NCBI GenBank assembly: GCA_016930515.1
Contig: JAFGGO010000061.1
Coordinates: 1-64,000, forward strand
Reading direction: 5' to 3'
Source: Promethearchaeota archaeon
Lineage (GTDB): Archaea > Asgardarchaeota > Lokiarchaeia > Sigyniarchaeales > SOKP01
Length of the DNA stretch: 64,000 nucleotides
The position numbers and the translations under genes are program-made. Of the stretch, positions 51,627-61,661 are shown piece after piece. Position 1 is the stretch's first letter; each line of letters begins with the position of its first letter. Below the pieces are notes generated by a model that saw nothing but the letters and a program-made list of their open reading frames with translations, had not been told where the DNA came from and searched no databases.

Positions 51627-52853
51627 ATGATAAAAGAAATTAAAAAAGGAAACACCTTCGTTGTTAGAGGTGCAACGCGAGTTAAGTTACTTGAAGGTGA
51701 ATTGGAAGTTCTTGGAAAAGACATATTGCCGGGTAAGGAAGACGTTCCAACGGACGAGTCTGAATCAAGCGAAGGGATAGTCATCGTTCCAAGCGCATTG
51801 TCATTTCCATTATTCGCAACAAAAAATTCAAAACTTGAAATTTTTACAAGTAGTGATGAGAATATTGAATTAGTAAGTGAAAATTCCATCCCTCTTGAAT
51901 GGAAAAAAATTAAAGATAATTTGATCGAAAAAATCAAGAATTACGAAAGTACAAAGCCTCTAAAAATAATGGTCCTGGGAATTAGTAGTGGTAAAACAAC
52001 CTTAATAAAATATCTCGCCAATAATTTCATAAGAGAGGGACTTCAAGGCGGGTATTTAGATAGCGATTTGGGGCAACAAATTTTACTCCCAACCACCCTC
52101 ATGGTGGGCTTGATAGACAAACCGTTCATAAACCTCAAGGAAATTGGCGAAGAAAAGAGATATTTTGTTGGAGCGACCTTTCCAAAAGGAAACCTCAAGT
52201 TTATCGTATCTCATTACACGAATGCCATGATTGAAGAATTCTCTAAAAATCACAAAAATCTCAAGTATATATTGATTGATACGGACGGATGGGTAAAAAC
52301 CGAAGCAGGATGTGTTTACAAAAGTTATTTCGTGAAGAAAGTCGATCCAGACATTCTAATCGTGTTTTTTGACAAGGAGATCGAAGAATACGATAAAATT
52401 CTTTCCAATGCAAAGGAAAGAAAGGATAGGAATGTCATCTTGATAAACGAGAAAAACAAGTATTTCTACGAAAAATCCAAAGAAGAACGAAGGTTTCTCC
52501 GTCAAAGTCGATTTGCTCAGGTTTTTGAAAACTTTCAGAAAATTACCATCCCTTTAAGAGATTTAATATTTATAAAACGTGATTACGATACCGAAAAAGA
52601 CGAAGTTATTGAAGTTGAGTTAGGTCTTAAGAATTTAGTGAGCCTTCCATACCATTATGTAATCGTGGGATTATTAGATGCTAATTCAAGCTTGTTAAAT
52701 GTTGCGTTGCTTTTTACCGTAAACATTGAAAAAGGATACGCTTTGATTTTTACAGATCTTTCATACAAAGAACAGAGAAAGATAAAAAAGATCTTGCTCG
52801 GAAGCTTGAGACTTTCCATAAAAGGAAACCATCAAGGATACCTTTATTTGTAG
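51627..52853 (+). CDS. Clp1/Grc3(Nol9)-like polynucleotide 5'-OH kinase
   Basis: N-terminal VRG..RV..LEG, SGKTT, DSDLGQ, IDTDGW, ERR..R lid. Confidence 0.85.
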   Translation: MIKEIKKGNTFVVRGATRVKLLEGELEVLGKDILPGKEDVPTDESESSEGIVIVPSALSFPLFATKNSKLEIFTSSDENIELVSENSIPLEWKKIKDNLIEKIKNYESTKPLKIMVLGISSGKTTLIKYLANNFIREGLQGGYLDSDLGQQILLPTTLMVGLIDKPFINLKEIGEEKRYFVGATFPKGNLKFIVSHYTNAMIEEFSKNHKNLKYILIDTDGWVKTEAGCVYKSYFVKKVDPDILIVFFDKEIEEYDKILSNAKERKDRNVILINEKNKYFYEKSKEERRFLRQSRFAQVFENFQKITIPLRDLIFIKRDYDTEKDEVIEVELGLKNLVSLPYHYVIVGLLDANSSLLNVALLFTVNIEKGYALIFTDLSYKEQRKIKKILLGSLRLSIKGNHQGYLYL

Positions 52854-52906
52854 GTATATTCTTTACTAATACAAACTGATCTTTTTGGATTGGATTTGAT
52901 GTTCTA

Positions 52907-54379
52907 ATGGACGAGAATAAGCTCTTGAAATTCGTAGAACTCATGTCAAAAAACATCTCTGATTCTGATCTCGAATTAGTTAATTTGGGATCTTCCTTAG
53001 GATTGGATTTAGTTTCGTTTCGAGAACTCAGAGAATCTCAAGAAGACGATTTCGTCGATAAAATAAGGTCTAAAGCTCTTAAAATCATGAAAAAAAACGG
53101 AGATAATCTTTTGAGCAATAAAGACTTGTTCTACGCAGGGAGCATAGATTTCATGGTTTCTGACGAACCCGGAGGAAAAAAGTTTTTCCTTCTTGAAACG
53201 AATGGTGGGAGCAATAGGGGGCTTTCGATTCTTTCAAATAAGCAACAATCCATCATGTACAACGGTTATTTTAAGGCCATTGAGCAAGCTATCGAGAGCA
53301 ATAAGAGAGGAGACGGTAGGATTTTATGTTTAGTCGGTGTTCCGATAAATGACGGATTAATTCACGAAAAAGTGATCATGCTCGATTATTTGAGAAAAAA
53401 AATCAGGGAGAAAGGAATGAGCGTGAAAATATACAATGTAAACAATTTTTCTAGCGATTTTGAAGTCGAGGTGGCTTTCTTGATTGCTGATTACAACCAA
53501 TTGTCTACCACGATCTCCTTCATAGATAATTGGGTGGTTTTTAAGGAACACGCCAGAGTTTCGGTTTTAATCGGAGATGGAATTGCTCGAAGGCTCCACG
53601 ACGAGGCTTTTTCTATGTTAATACTAGAAGATTTCAGGAAGATAAATTCAATTATCATAAATCCCGTCTTTAGGATAACCGATGATAAGTCTCTTACCTA
53701 CTTGGCCAGCCATTTTGCTAGGAATGAGTTGGAAAAATACGATCTGAAGTACCTTCATTTTACAAAAGCAAATACAGAAGAAGAATTAATAGAAAAACTC
53801 AAGCACTTGTTAAAAAAATATAATAAACCCTTTATCATCAAACCAAACGGTGGTTCTGGTGGGGCAGGAGTTGTTCCTATAGGTCCCGAACAGGATTTTA
53901 ACGAACTTCAAAACTTGATAGAAAAAAGTAAATCCGAATTTTTTTCAAAATTCATGAAGAATAGGAACCCTTACCCGTATACAATACAAGAAATGGCTCA
54001 ATTCTCTCTTATTTGCCCACCTTGGAAGATAGATAAAATGGAAAAGCACACTTTTGATGTGAGAATTTACATGTCACAAGATAAAGACGGTATCATCATC
54101 CCCATAGGGGGTCTTGCGAGAATTGCCCGCAAAACATATCACGGTACTCTTGATAAGGAAGAGTTTGTAGTAAACCTCTCTGGTTTTAACGGAGAAATCG
54201 AAGTGTTTCGCGGTAGAGGTATTTCAAAAAAGAACGCTGAAATTCTGGATTTAAATAAGAAAGACCTCGTGAAGATCTTTTCTATAGGTTGTATTCTTTT
54301 CGCAAGCATGGCAAATAACTACAAAAAAATAATATCATTTAACGATTGGGACAAGTTGATTGGTCAAGATGAATGTTAG
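52907..54379 (+). CDS. Circularly permuted ATP-grasp ligase
   Basis: D/E-x-N motif (IDFMV...FFLLETNGG) precedes DDKSL, IIKPNGGSGGAGV, IQE, FDVRIY, VVNLS. Confidence 0.8.
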   Translation: MDENKLLKFVELMSKNISDSDLELVNLGSSLGLDLVSFRELRESQEDDFVDKIRSKALKIMKKNGDNLLSNKDLFYAGSIDFMVSDEPGGKKFFLLETNGGSNRGLSILSNKQQSIMYNGYFKAIEQAIESNKRGDGRILCLVGVPINDGLIHEKVIMLDYLRKKIREKGMSVKIYNVNNFSSDFEVEVAFLIADYNQLSTTISFIDNWVVFKEHARVSVLIGDGIARRLHDEAFSMLILEDFRKINSIIINPVFRITDDKSLTYLASHFARNELEKYDLKYLHFTKANTEEELIEKLKHLLKKYNKPFIIKPNGGSGGAGVVPIGPEQDFNELQNLIEKSKSEFFSKFMKNRNPYPYTIQEMAQFSLICPPWKIDKMEKHTFDVRIYMSQDKDGIIIPIGGLARIARKTYHGTLDKEEFVVNLSGFNGEIEVFRGRGISKKNAEILDLNKKDLVKIFSIGCILFASMANNYKKIISFNDWDKLIGQDEC

Positions 54380-55523
54380 TACTCTAGAAAAATTATTAGA
54401 TACTTCAAAGCGAAAAGACCTTTTTGACGAAATTTTAAATAAGTTGCAAGATTTAGATGGAACTAACGGATTTACTTGCGAACTTCACAAAATATCTGAA
54501 GGAACGATACCTGTCGTATATTTCAACAAGCAACATAATACCAACGAGGTCCAATCGCTTAAGATCTTTATTGGTGCCCAACACAACGAATATAACGGAT
54601 TATTTGGGATCTTGAATGTTTTAGATTTATTAAAAAACGAAGAGATCTCACATAGACCAATAATTAATAAAAGGCAAATTCTTGCGTTTTTTCCTATCAT
54701 GAATCCTTATGGCTTTCTCAATCCCCGAAAAGATAACAAATCAGGATATTTTTTAAAAAACGGTTCGAATTTGAACAGGTTTTGGCGTAGAACCTTCGTT
54801 CCAGGATTTGAAGGAAACGAAGCAGATCTTATTGATCATCCAATACCAGAACACGCCATCCTTTTAAAAAAATTAATCAAACCTTATTGGGACAACGAGA
54901 AAATTGCCATTTATATTATAGATTTTCACGAGACCTCCCTCTTAGAGAGGTTTCCTAAAGAACTTAGCATGAATTTAAGCCCATATTATAAGTTCGATCA
55001 TTGGTTAAAGGAATCTATCGTTGAAAATGTGATGAGATTATACGATATTAAGAGTTTTCGAGAACCATTATTCTTCAAGTGTAATAATTCGGCAGATCAC
55101 AATCATTTGAACTTGTCGTTCAAGCAAGTGGAAAAGGTTCGCGAAAAATTATTCGAATTTATGGCTGAAAATCGTAGGAAATTACCCTTTTATCTCGTGC
55201 ACAGCAAAAAAAGCAAGGAACCATGCACACAACTAAGTATACGAGTTTTAGAAAAATTAGGAAATATCTTGTGGAAGACGGCAATTGCCGTTCACGATCA
55301 CGAGTTTCACGACCACGGTTGCTTGGTAAGAATGAACGATGTTGCGAAACGAGAAAATTTATTTTGCGTGGAATTGGAAAACCAAAAGCAATTTTTCGAC
55401 TTGTTTGAAGAAAAAATGAAATCAACGGCAGATTCGGAATATTTTCAAAATAAGTTAGAAACGGTCAACAAGACGATCGAGTTGATAAAGGAAACGATAA
55501 TCGAGACGATTAGATTGCCCTAA
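54369..55523 (+). CDS. M14/aspartoacylase-like zinc carboxypeptidase
   Basis: GAQHNE, FPIMNPYG, NGSNLNR, IIDFHE, VELE; ATG 54369 overlaps the upstream stop. Confidence 0.8.
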   Translation: MNVSTLEKLLDTSKRKDLFDEILNKLQDLDGTNGFTCELHKISEGTIPVVYFNKQHNTNEVQSLKIFIGAQHNEYNGLFGILNVLDLLKNEEISHRPIINKRQILAFFPIMNPYGFLNPRKDNKSGYFLKNGSNLNRFWRRTFVPGFEGNEADLIDHPIPEHAILLKKLIKPYWDNEKIAIYIIDFHETSLLERFPKELSMNLSPYYKFDHWLKESIVENVMRLYDIKSFREPLFFKCNNSADHNHLNLSFKQVEKVREKLFEFMAENRRKLPFYLVHSKKSKEPCTQLSIRVLEKLGNILWKTAIAVHDHEFHDHGCLVRMNDVAKRENLFCVELENQKQFFDLFEEKMKSTADSEYFQNKLETVNKTIELIKETIIETIRLP

Positions 55524-55543
55524 AAAAACGCCTAGGAGTTATC

Positions 55544-56542
55544 TCAGGCGTTTAAGAATCTAAGGGAGGCCCCAACAAGCGACACTTCGCTCTTTTTCAA
55601 TGAATGACCTCCTTTTTTAAACACAACAACCTGATCTTCGCTAAGGTCTAATGCTTTCATGTTTTCCTCTAAATTCTTAAATTTGATGACTTTATCGTTT
55701 TTAGCATGGATTAAAAGCACTTTTTTTTTAAACTCGAACCACTCTTGTTCAGAAAGACGGTTTTTTACCGATTTGAAGACCAGACAAGGCGATAATTTCT
55801 CGTTTTTTTCATTGCTGGGGTGGATGCTCACGCCTTTCAGTAAGTATCGTAGCACGACTACCAGATTGTGTTTGGCAGAGTTTTTCTTAAAATTAGAAAA
55901 AGAGGAAATCGCAATGATTTTTTCGACGTCTTTCCTGGGAAATCCCCCGCACAAGGCGGCCATAGCCCCAATACTCACGCCAGCAGCGTAGACTTTCATT
56001 CGATTTAAATCCCTGTTTTGCTTGATCCAATCCACGATTGTTCCAAAATCCTCAATTCGCTCGATAAATTGTCCCCTTCTCCCTGCTTTTTTTGACTTGC
56101 CAGAACCTCTTGCGTCGTAAGTCAAAATCGTATATCCTTGAAGGGCGAGCGGTAAGAAATAATATTGAAGCGTTTCTTTCGTATCTGAAAACCCGTGACA
56201 AACGATTAGAATCGCATCTTTTGGCTTGATAAGGTCTTGATTTTTGGGTCTTACGATATCAGCAGCTATGTATTTTCCTGGCTGAATTTCTATGTATTCC
56301 TCGCTTATATCAAGATACCGAGACTTTAATCGCTTCCACCGGTCAAACCACATGTCTCGAAAAGTCCAATATATTTCGAACGGGGTGTAAATAATTAAAA
56401 ATGTCGTGGTTGACAAGGATAAGCAAGTTTTAAAGGTGTTACCCCAACTGGCGTTCACATCCCAGATATAAGCGGAGACGATGATGGCCACGGTCGCCAC
56501 TGCAAGCCTTTTTGGTAATTTTTTCTTGAAATTTTCAAGCAT
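55544..56542 (-). CDS. Membrane-anchored alpha/beta hydrolase
   Basis: Two N-terminal TM segments; CHGF, YDARGSGKS, GVSIG, HAKND, GGH. Confidence 0.9.
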   Translation of the reverse strand: MLENFKKKLPKRLAVATVAIIVSAYIWDVNASWGNTFKTCLSLSTTTFLIIYTPFEIYWTFRDMWFDRWKRLKSRYLDISEEYIEIQPGKYIAADIVRPKNQDLIKPKDAILIVCHGFSDTKETLQYYFLPLALQGYTILTYDARGSGKSKKAGRRGQFIERIEDFGTIVDWIKQNRDLNRMKVYAAGVSIGAMAALCGGFPRKDVEKIIAISSFSNFKKNSAKHNLVVVLRYLLKGVSIHPSNEKNEKLSPCLVFKSVKNRLSEQEWFEFKKKVLLIHAKNDKVIKFKNLEENMKALDLSEDQVVVFKKGGHSLKKSEVSLVGASLRFLNA

Positions 56543-56735
56543 CTTAATTAATCTATTGATAGTGTCTTAAAAGCTAAGATGGATAAAATAAAAAAGCGAG
56601 GATTAAATTAAAACCTAAGGAATTATAAACTTTTATTCGTATTGAAATAATCATATATTAATATCGTTTAGTATCTGGATTATTTTCAGGCAAATAATCG
56701 GGTTTATAAAAAATGGAAAAATCTAAATTTCAAGC

Positions 56736-56791
56736 ACCATTTTTTCACCTAAAATACCATTTTCACCAGTATTTTACCACTTATTTATAAA
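56736..56791 (+). promoter_or_regulatory. Phased ACC/T-tract array abutting a TATA-like box
   Basis: ACC at 56736, 56747, 56756, 56765, 56776, then TTTATAAA and GGTGAG SD before ATG 56814. Confidence 0.45.
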
Positions 56792-56813
56792 CGCACGAAG
56801 GTGAGTTGATTCA

Positions 56814-57179
56814 ATGGCAAAGAAAAAGAAAGTTATGCCCGAACCCGAAGACGATGAGGTTCCTGACGGAGTTGTTGACGAGGACGGTGACGAAGTCTTA
56901 GATTTGGATGCGGAAAAGGACGATGACCTTTACGACGATATCGAATACGACCTGAGCCAGATTGAGGATGACATGTTAGCCGACGAGAATGAGGACGAGG
57001 AATTTGGCCCCGAGATTGACGATGTTATCAAAATGCTTAGAGCTGTCAAATGCGCGCCATGTCCTGGAAGCAAATCCAAGGTAGAATGTCAAATACGACA
57101 CGATTACGGCTGCCCGCCCGACAAAGCGGAAAAGTTCGTCCCGAAGACCGAGGCTGAGAGAAGAAAAAAAGTAAAATAA
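56814..57179 (+). CDS. Small hyperacidic protein with four-Cys metal site
   Basis: D/E-rich N-half; C-x2-C-x8-C-x7-C; basic termini; good SD. Confidence 0.75.
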   Translation: MAKKKKVMPEPEDDEVPDGVVDEDGDEVLDLDAEKDDDLYDDIEYDLSQIEDDMLADENEDEEFGPEIDDVIKMLRAVKCAPCPGSKSKVECQIRHDYGCPPDKAEKFVPKTEAERRKKVK

Positions 57180-57511
57180 CGATCCATCGCTACAACACCC
57201 AAGAAAAAATCGATAACTATCCTTTATTTATCTTTTTTTCACAATGATAATCATAATAAACAGATTATATAATAATATGGGATTAATATATAAAAGTATG
57301 AGGAAGAACTATCATTTCCTTTGTTAACTTTTTCTCTTTTTTGACTTGAATGTGGAGTTTTTAAAGATAATTCGAAATGAAGTTATTCTATATTATGAAC
57401 TTACTACAAAAGTCCAGAGAATTGAGAAACTCAAAAATGGAAACCGATATTAAAATTAAGAAATTGGGCTTAGAAAGCATTAATCAGACCAATTGCTCCA
57501 GATAATTAATA

Positions 57512-58516
57512 TTAGTATTCTATTAGGTTCTGAATCATCCTTGTAATGCCTATGTCAAAAAAGTTAGTAAATGCGTTAAGGTAATATTTGACAATGTTTC
57601 TAAATTGTAATTCTGGTGCAAGTTGCTCATCGTGTTCAATCGATTCAAGTTCTTGGTTTAATTCAGATAGGAACACCTGAAATTTCGAAACCGTTTCTTC
57701 GTTAATATTATCAAAATTCTTGATGAGGTTTTGCAATAGGTTTGGAATCTTGATTAGCAACGAGGAATACTTATTGACGGTTTCAGAAGGTAACTTAAGG
57801 AAGCGAAAAGCCTCATTGATGAAATCACGGATGTAGAGTAGCACGACGCGGTTTCCTAAGAATCGAATGATAGGCAAGTTCCGATATCCTTTAGAAAGGT
57901 GATATCCCGAAAGACCCGTGATCAAAATCCTCGTTCCCAAGGAATATTTGCGATCAATTTCGGCCATAATAAGTTCGTAATTCGCTATTTCTATTTTTGC
58001 ACCTTTTTTTTTCGATGATTCTATTATAGATTCAATAATTGTTTTAAACACCATAGCAAGGTCTTTCAACACATCTATTAAATCTGTTTTTGAAGTGTCT
58101 AATAGGAAAATAATGTAAAATTCGTTACTTTCGACGATGTCCTTGAAATCTATCGCAATGATTTCTTGCCTTAATTTTATGAGCAATTCGTACAATTTTT
58201 GCTTAATATTCTGGTTATATTTTATATAAATTTCGTCTACATTGAGTTTAAAAGCAGAAATAATTGCCTGGTTTAGTAATGCTAAAGTCCATTCTTTTCC
58301 CGATTTTACGGGGTTAATTCTCAAGACGCGCTTTTGTTCGTCTTCTCGAGTAGCAATGATTATATTTCTATCGTTGATAGGATACATGATAACTTCAGAT
58401 TTCTCTTTTAAATCTGCGGCTTCGGCCCATTCTTGAGGAAAAGTCACTGCCTTGGAGTTTCCAAGCTTTATTATATTTCGAACATACTTGTCTTTAAAAC
58501 CACTCATTTTATTCAC
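57512..58516 (-). CDS. AbrB-type N-terminal domain + PhoU-like regulator
   Basis: RNIIKLGNSKAVTFPQEW; helical remainder with EIDRKY. Confidence 0.75.
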   Translation of the reverse strand: MNKMSGFKDKYVRNIIKLGNSKAVTFPQEWAEAADLKEKSEVIMYPINDRNIIIATREDEQKRVLRINPVKSGKEWTLALLNQAIISAFKLNVDEIYIKYNQNIKQKLYELLIKLRQEIIAIDFKDIVESNEFYIIFLLDTSKTDLIDVLKDLAMVFKTIIESIIESSKKKGAKIEIANYELIMAEIDRKYSLGTRILITGLSGYHLSKGYRNLPIIRFLGNRVVLLYIRDFINEAFRFLKLPSETVNKYSSLLIKIPNLLQNLIKNFDNINEETVSKFQVFLSELNQELESIEHDEQLAPELQFRNIVKYYLNAFTNFFDIGITRMIQNLIEY

Positions 58517-58574
58517 TCGACTTAATTCTTGTATAAAAGTTATATTTTTATATATGATCAGAATATAGTTATAT

Positions 58575-60614
58575 TTAATAATTTTTCGCTAATAATTTCA
58601 TTTCACTTCCTATTTGTTTGGTATTCAAACAATTATAAGTCGTTCTGATTTGATCGAGAAGGTTGTATAACTTACGAGATTCAATGCTTTTAAAACAATC
58701 AAATTCAAACCTATTAACGAAAAAATTAAACTTAATATCGGGGAGAGTATTTCCAGAAGCAAAAACTCTTTTTAACTCAGTATATTCGTCGTTAAAATCT
58801 TCTTGGAAATAAAGCATGTAAACTAACGAATCGGCCAATCTCTTGAAAAATATCTTGTAATCACCTAACTTTGGTTTGAAAACATCGAGAGATAGAGAGG
58901 GAGTAGTTAACGGTTTTAAATCGTACTCTAATTGAGAAAGGAATTGAAGTATTTTCCCCAAACGAGAAAGAGAAATTGGAAAATCGAAAGGTAATGGTAA
59001 ATGTTTTATGAAACTACCGTTATAGCGCATATATCCCCCCGACATGTGTAAAGTCCCATAAAGTGCGTTATACAATTCATTCATTAGAGTAGAATTTAGT
59101 ATTGTTAATAAGCTGAATAATTGATCATTGCTTAGGCTCGGAACTAACAAGAAATATAGCCCCGTAACATTAGTGAATATTCCGGGGTCGTAAACAAAAG
59201 TCAATTCTCGGGCGATTTCCCTGAAAACGAGCTTTTTTTGTGCCATTTCTTGCCAAATATCTTCAAATTTATTCTCAAATCGGTAATAGCTCGGAATTAA
59301 TTCTTTTCGCGCTATGCGTATCTTCTTGTCAAACACGAAGTGATATTTTCCAACATTTCCTGTCCCCAACAATATCATGTCTTTTGGCGAACTCTTATTT
59401 TCAGCGATATTATCAAGATTTTTAGACCAGTTTAAGAATCCAAAAGGTCTATATATTATCTTTAAATCCGGGAAAATTTCATTCAAAGAATTATATTTCG
59501 AGAATACCTGTTCAACCATGGAAAGATTTCCAGAAATCGGAAATACCCATTTAGGTAACTTTTTAATCAAACCAATATCAACCATCTTTATATTGCTCCC
59601 ATTTTCGTGGTCAAATTGTAGTAAAGAATCATAGTTACATAATTTCACTGAGTAGTTTTGATGTGAAGCGGTGTTTTTTAAATATAATATTATTGGATAA
59701 GCGGCCTTTTTTCCAAAAACGCCCAACGAGGAGATATTAGCGATTTCTTCCACTTGAACATTTTTTAATATAAATTCTCGTATTCTAACACCATAGTCAG
59801 CAGAAAGAAACTTATTTGGTAATATATAACTAACGAATCCTTCCCTTTTTACTATCAATAATGCCTTTTCGATAAATAAGACGGATAGATCAAATAATTT
59901 ATAGGCGGAACGATAAAGCTTGCTCAATTGTTTTTTGTATTGGAAGTTCTTATTTTTTTTATTTTCGATATAGGGCGGATTGCCAATAATGATGTCAAAT
60001 TTTTTATCGTTTTTAAATTCCGTGAGAAAATCGAACTCATAAATGTTTAAGTGAATTCCGATTATTTTTAGGATTTTTTCAGCTGAAATGGTATCAGAAT
60101 TGATAAATTCAAGCTCTCGAGGGATTTCTGCACTATCAGATAAATACCAACAAATCAATCGCAATCGAGCGATACTAGCGGTTTCTTTATCAATTTCGAC
60201 TCCAAAAAGAGATTTTTCGAGGATATCTTTTTTCAATTCGGACTCTGATCGATCAGAACTTATTAATTTGAACATGATTAGTAACAAATTCGCAGTAGCG
60301 ATCAGGAATCTCCCTGTCCCGCAGGAGGGATCCAAAATCGTGATATTTTCTATTTTATTTAATAAAAATTCGTTTAGGTGGGTTTTGTTGATTATTTCTT
60401 CAAGGGGAGCAACTGAGTAAGGAATTCCTATATAGGACAATAACACTTTATTAACCATCTTTTCGACAATAATCCTTGGAGTGTAGGCTATTCCACTTTC
60501 TTGGGCTTTAATTTTGTTATGTTCGCTTAACTGACGATTTTCAAACTCTTCGATTAATCCCATAATCTTTTGTTTAAGTAGGGTTTTTTTATTGGTTGTC
60601 ATGATATCGTTCAT
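58575..60614 (-). CDS. Eco57I/TaqI-like DNA adenine methyltransferase
   Basis: G..YTP, ILDPSCGTGRFL, GVEID, IGNPPY, YG..IR, C-terminal TRD. Confidence 0.9.
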   Translation of the reverse strand: MNDIMTTNKKTLLKQKIMGLIEEFENRQLSEHNKIKAQESGIAYTPRIIVEKMVNKVLLSYIGIPYSVAPLEEIINKTHLNEFLLNKIENITILDPSCGTGRFLIATANLLLIMFKLISSDRSESELKKDILEKSLFGVEIDKETASIARLRLICWYLSDSAEIPRELEFINSDTISAEKILKIIGIHLNIYEFDFLTEFKNDKKFDIIIGNPPYIENKKNKNFQYKKQLSKLYRSAYKLFDLSVLFIEKALLIVKREGFVSYILPNKFLSADYGVRIREFILKNVQVEEIANISSLGVFGKKAAYPIILYLKNTASHQNYSVKLCNYDSLLQFDHENGSNIKMVDIGLIKKLPKWVFPISGNLSMVEQVFSKYNSLNEIFPDLKIIYRPFGFLNWSKNLDNIAENKSSPKDMILLGTGNVGKYHFVFDKKIRIARKELIPSYYRFENKFEDIWQEMAQKKLVFREIARELTFVYDPGIFTNVTGLYFLLVPSLSNDQLFSLLTILNSTLMNELYNALYGTLHMSGGYMRYNGSFIKHLPLPFDFPISLSRLGKILQFLSQLEYDLKPLTTPSLSLDVFKPKLGDYKIFFKRLADSLVYMLYFQEDFNDEYTELKRVFASGNTLPDIKFNFFVNRFEFDCFKSIESRKLYNLLDQIRTTYNCLNTKQIGSEMKLLAKNY

Positions 60615-60741
60615 CTTGCTTGGAAATGAATTCGTCCTTTACATATTATTGATATATTTAATAATACCTCGTGTAAGGGTTTAAAAGAATAACTATCATA
60701 TTTGTGCACAAGTAGAACAAACGCAATGTTATTTATAAGTC

Positions 60742-61650
60742 ATGACATTATCGAATGCTTATTTAGAGCGATTGTTAAAGGATCCGAAGACTATATCAAA
60801 AATAAGTTTTGACGAGCTTTCTGAAATTTTAAACGCAATGAAAATACTATTGGATAAGGAATTTCTATTGGTGGAACTAACACAGTCGGATCAAGAAAAA
60901 GAAGTCATCATCGTTGGAGACCTTCACGGAAATTTAGAATCCTTGCAAAAAATACTCGATCATATTAAGGATCGAAAACCCGAGTTTATTGTTTTCTTGG
61001 GTGATATCGTCGATCGTGGTCGCTTTCAATTGGAGTGCTTGGTCCTAATATGTTGCTTGAAAATAATAGATCCAAATCGGTATTATATATTGAGAGGGAA
61101 CCACGAAGAAGGTGATGTTAACAAGAGATACGGATTTTACGATGTCTTCGTAAGAAAATTTAAAGACTCTAAAAAATTCGAGGAAATAGAGAACTTATAC
61201 AACAGCCTTCCTGCGTGCCTGGTTCTTAACGATGATATATTGTGCCTTCACGGGGGAATTCCTTCAAACATTCAAGCATTAGAAAAGCTCAAGAATACAA
61301 GGTTGAGCGACCTTATCGGCAAAGAACTCATTGAGTATAACCAGATACTTTACGAAATCTTTTGGAACGATCCAAAAAATCACATTGAGGGATTTAAGCC
61401 AAGTTATCGAGGAGAAGGTATAAAATTTTTTGGAAGGGACGCGTTCGATAAATTTTTGAATTACAACCACTTGAATAGGCTTGTGAGATCTCACGAGTGC
61501 TTCACGGAAGGATATAAATGGTACTTTCACCGACGACTGTTATCCATTTTCTCTTCCTTTGATTATAGTGGCGCACAAATCCCCAATCCTGCTAGTATTG
61601 CGTGGCTCAAGGATGGAGAGCTTGGAGTGAAAATATTTTACGGATCTTAA
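60742..61650 (+). CDS. PPP-family Ser/Thr protein phosphatase
   Basis: GDLHG, GDIVDRG, LRGNHE, LHGG, WNDP, RSHE, LSIFSS.DY. Confidence 0.93.
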   Translation: MTLSNAYLERLLKDPKTISKISFDELSEILNAMKILLDKEFLLVELTQSDQEKEVIIVGDLHGNLESLQKILDHIKDRKPEFIVFLGDIVDRGRFQLECLVLICCLKIIDPNRYYILRGNHEEGDVNKRYGFYDVFVRKFKDSKKFEEIENLYNSLPACLVLNDDILCLHGGIPSNIQALEKLKNTRLSDLIGKELIEYNQILYEIFWNDPKNHIEGFKPSYRGEGIKFFGRDAFDKFLNYNHLNRLVRSHECFTEGYKWYFHRRLLSIFSSFDYSGAQIPNPASIAWLKDGELGVKIFYGS

Positions 61651-61661
61651 AAGATAGAAAA

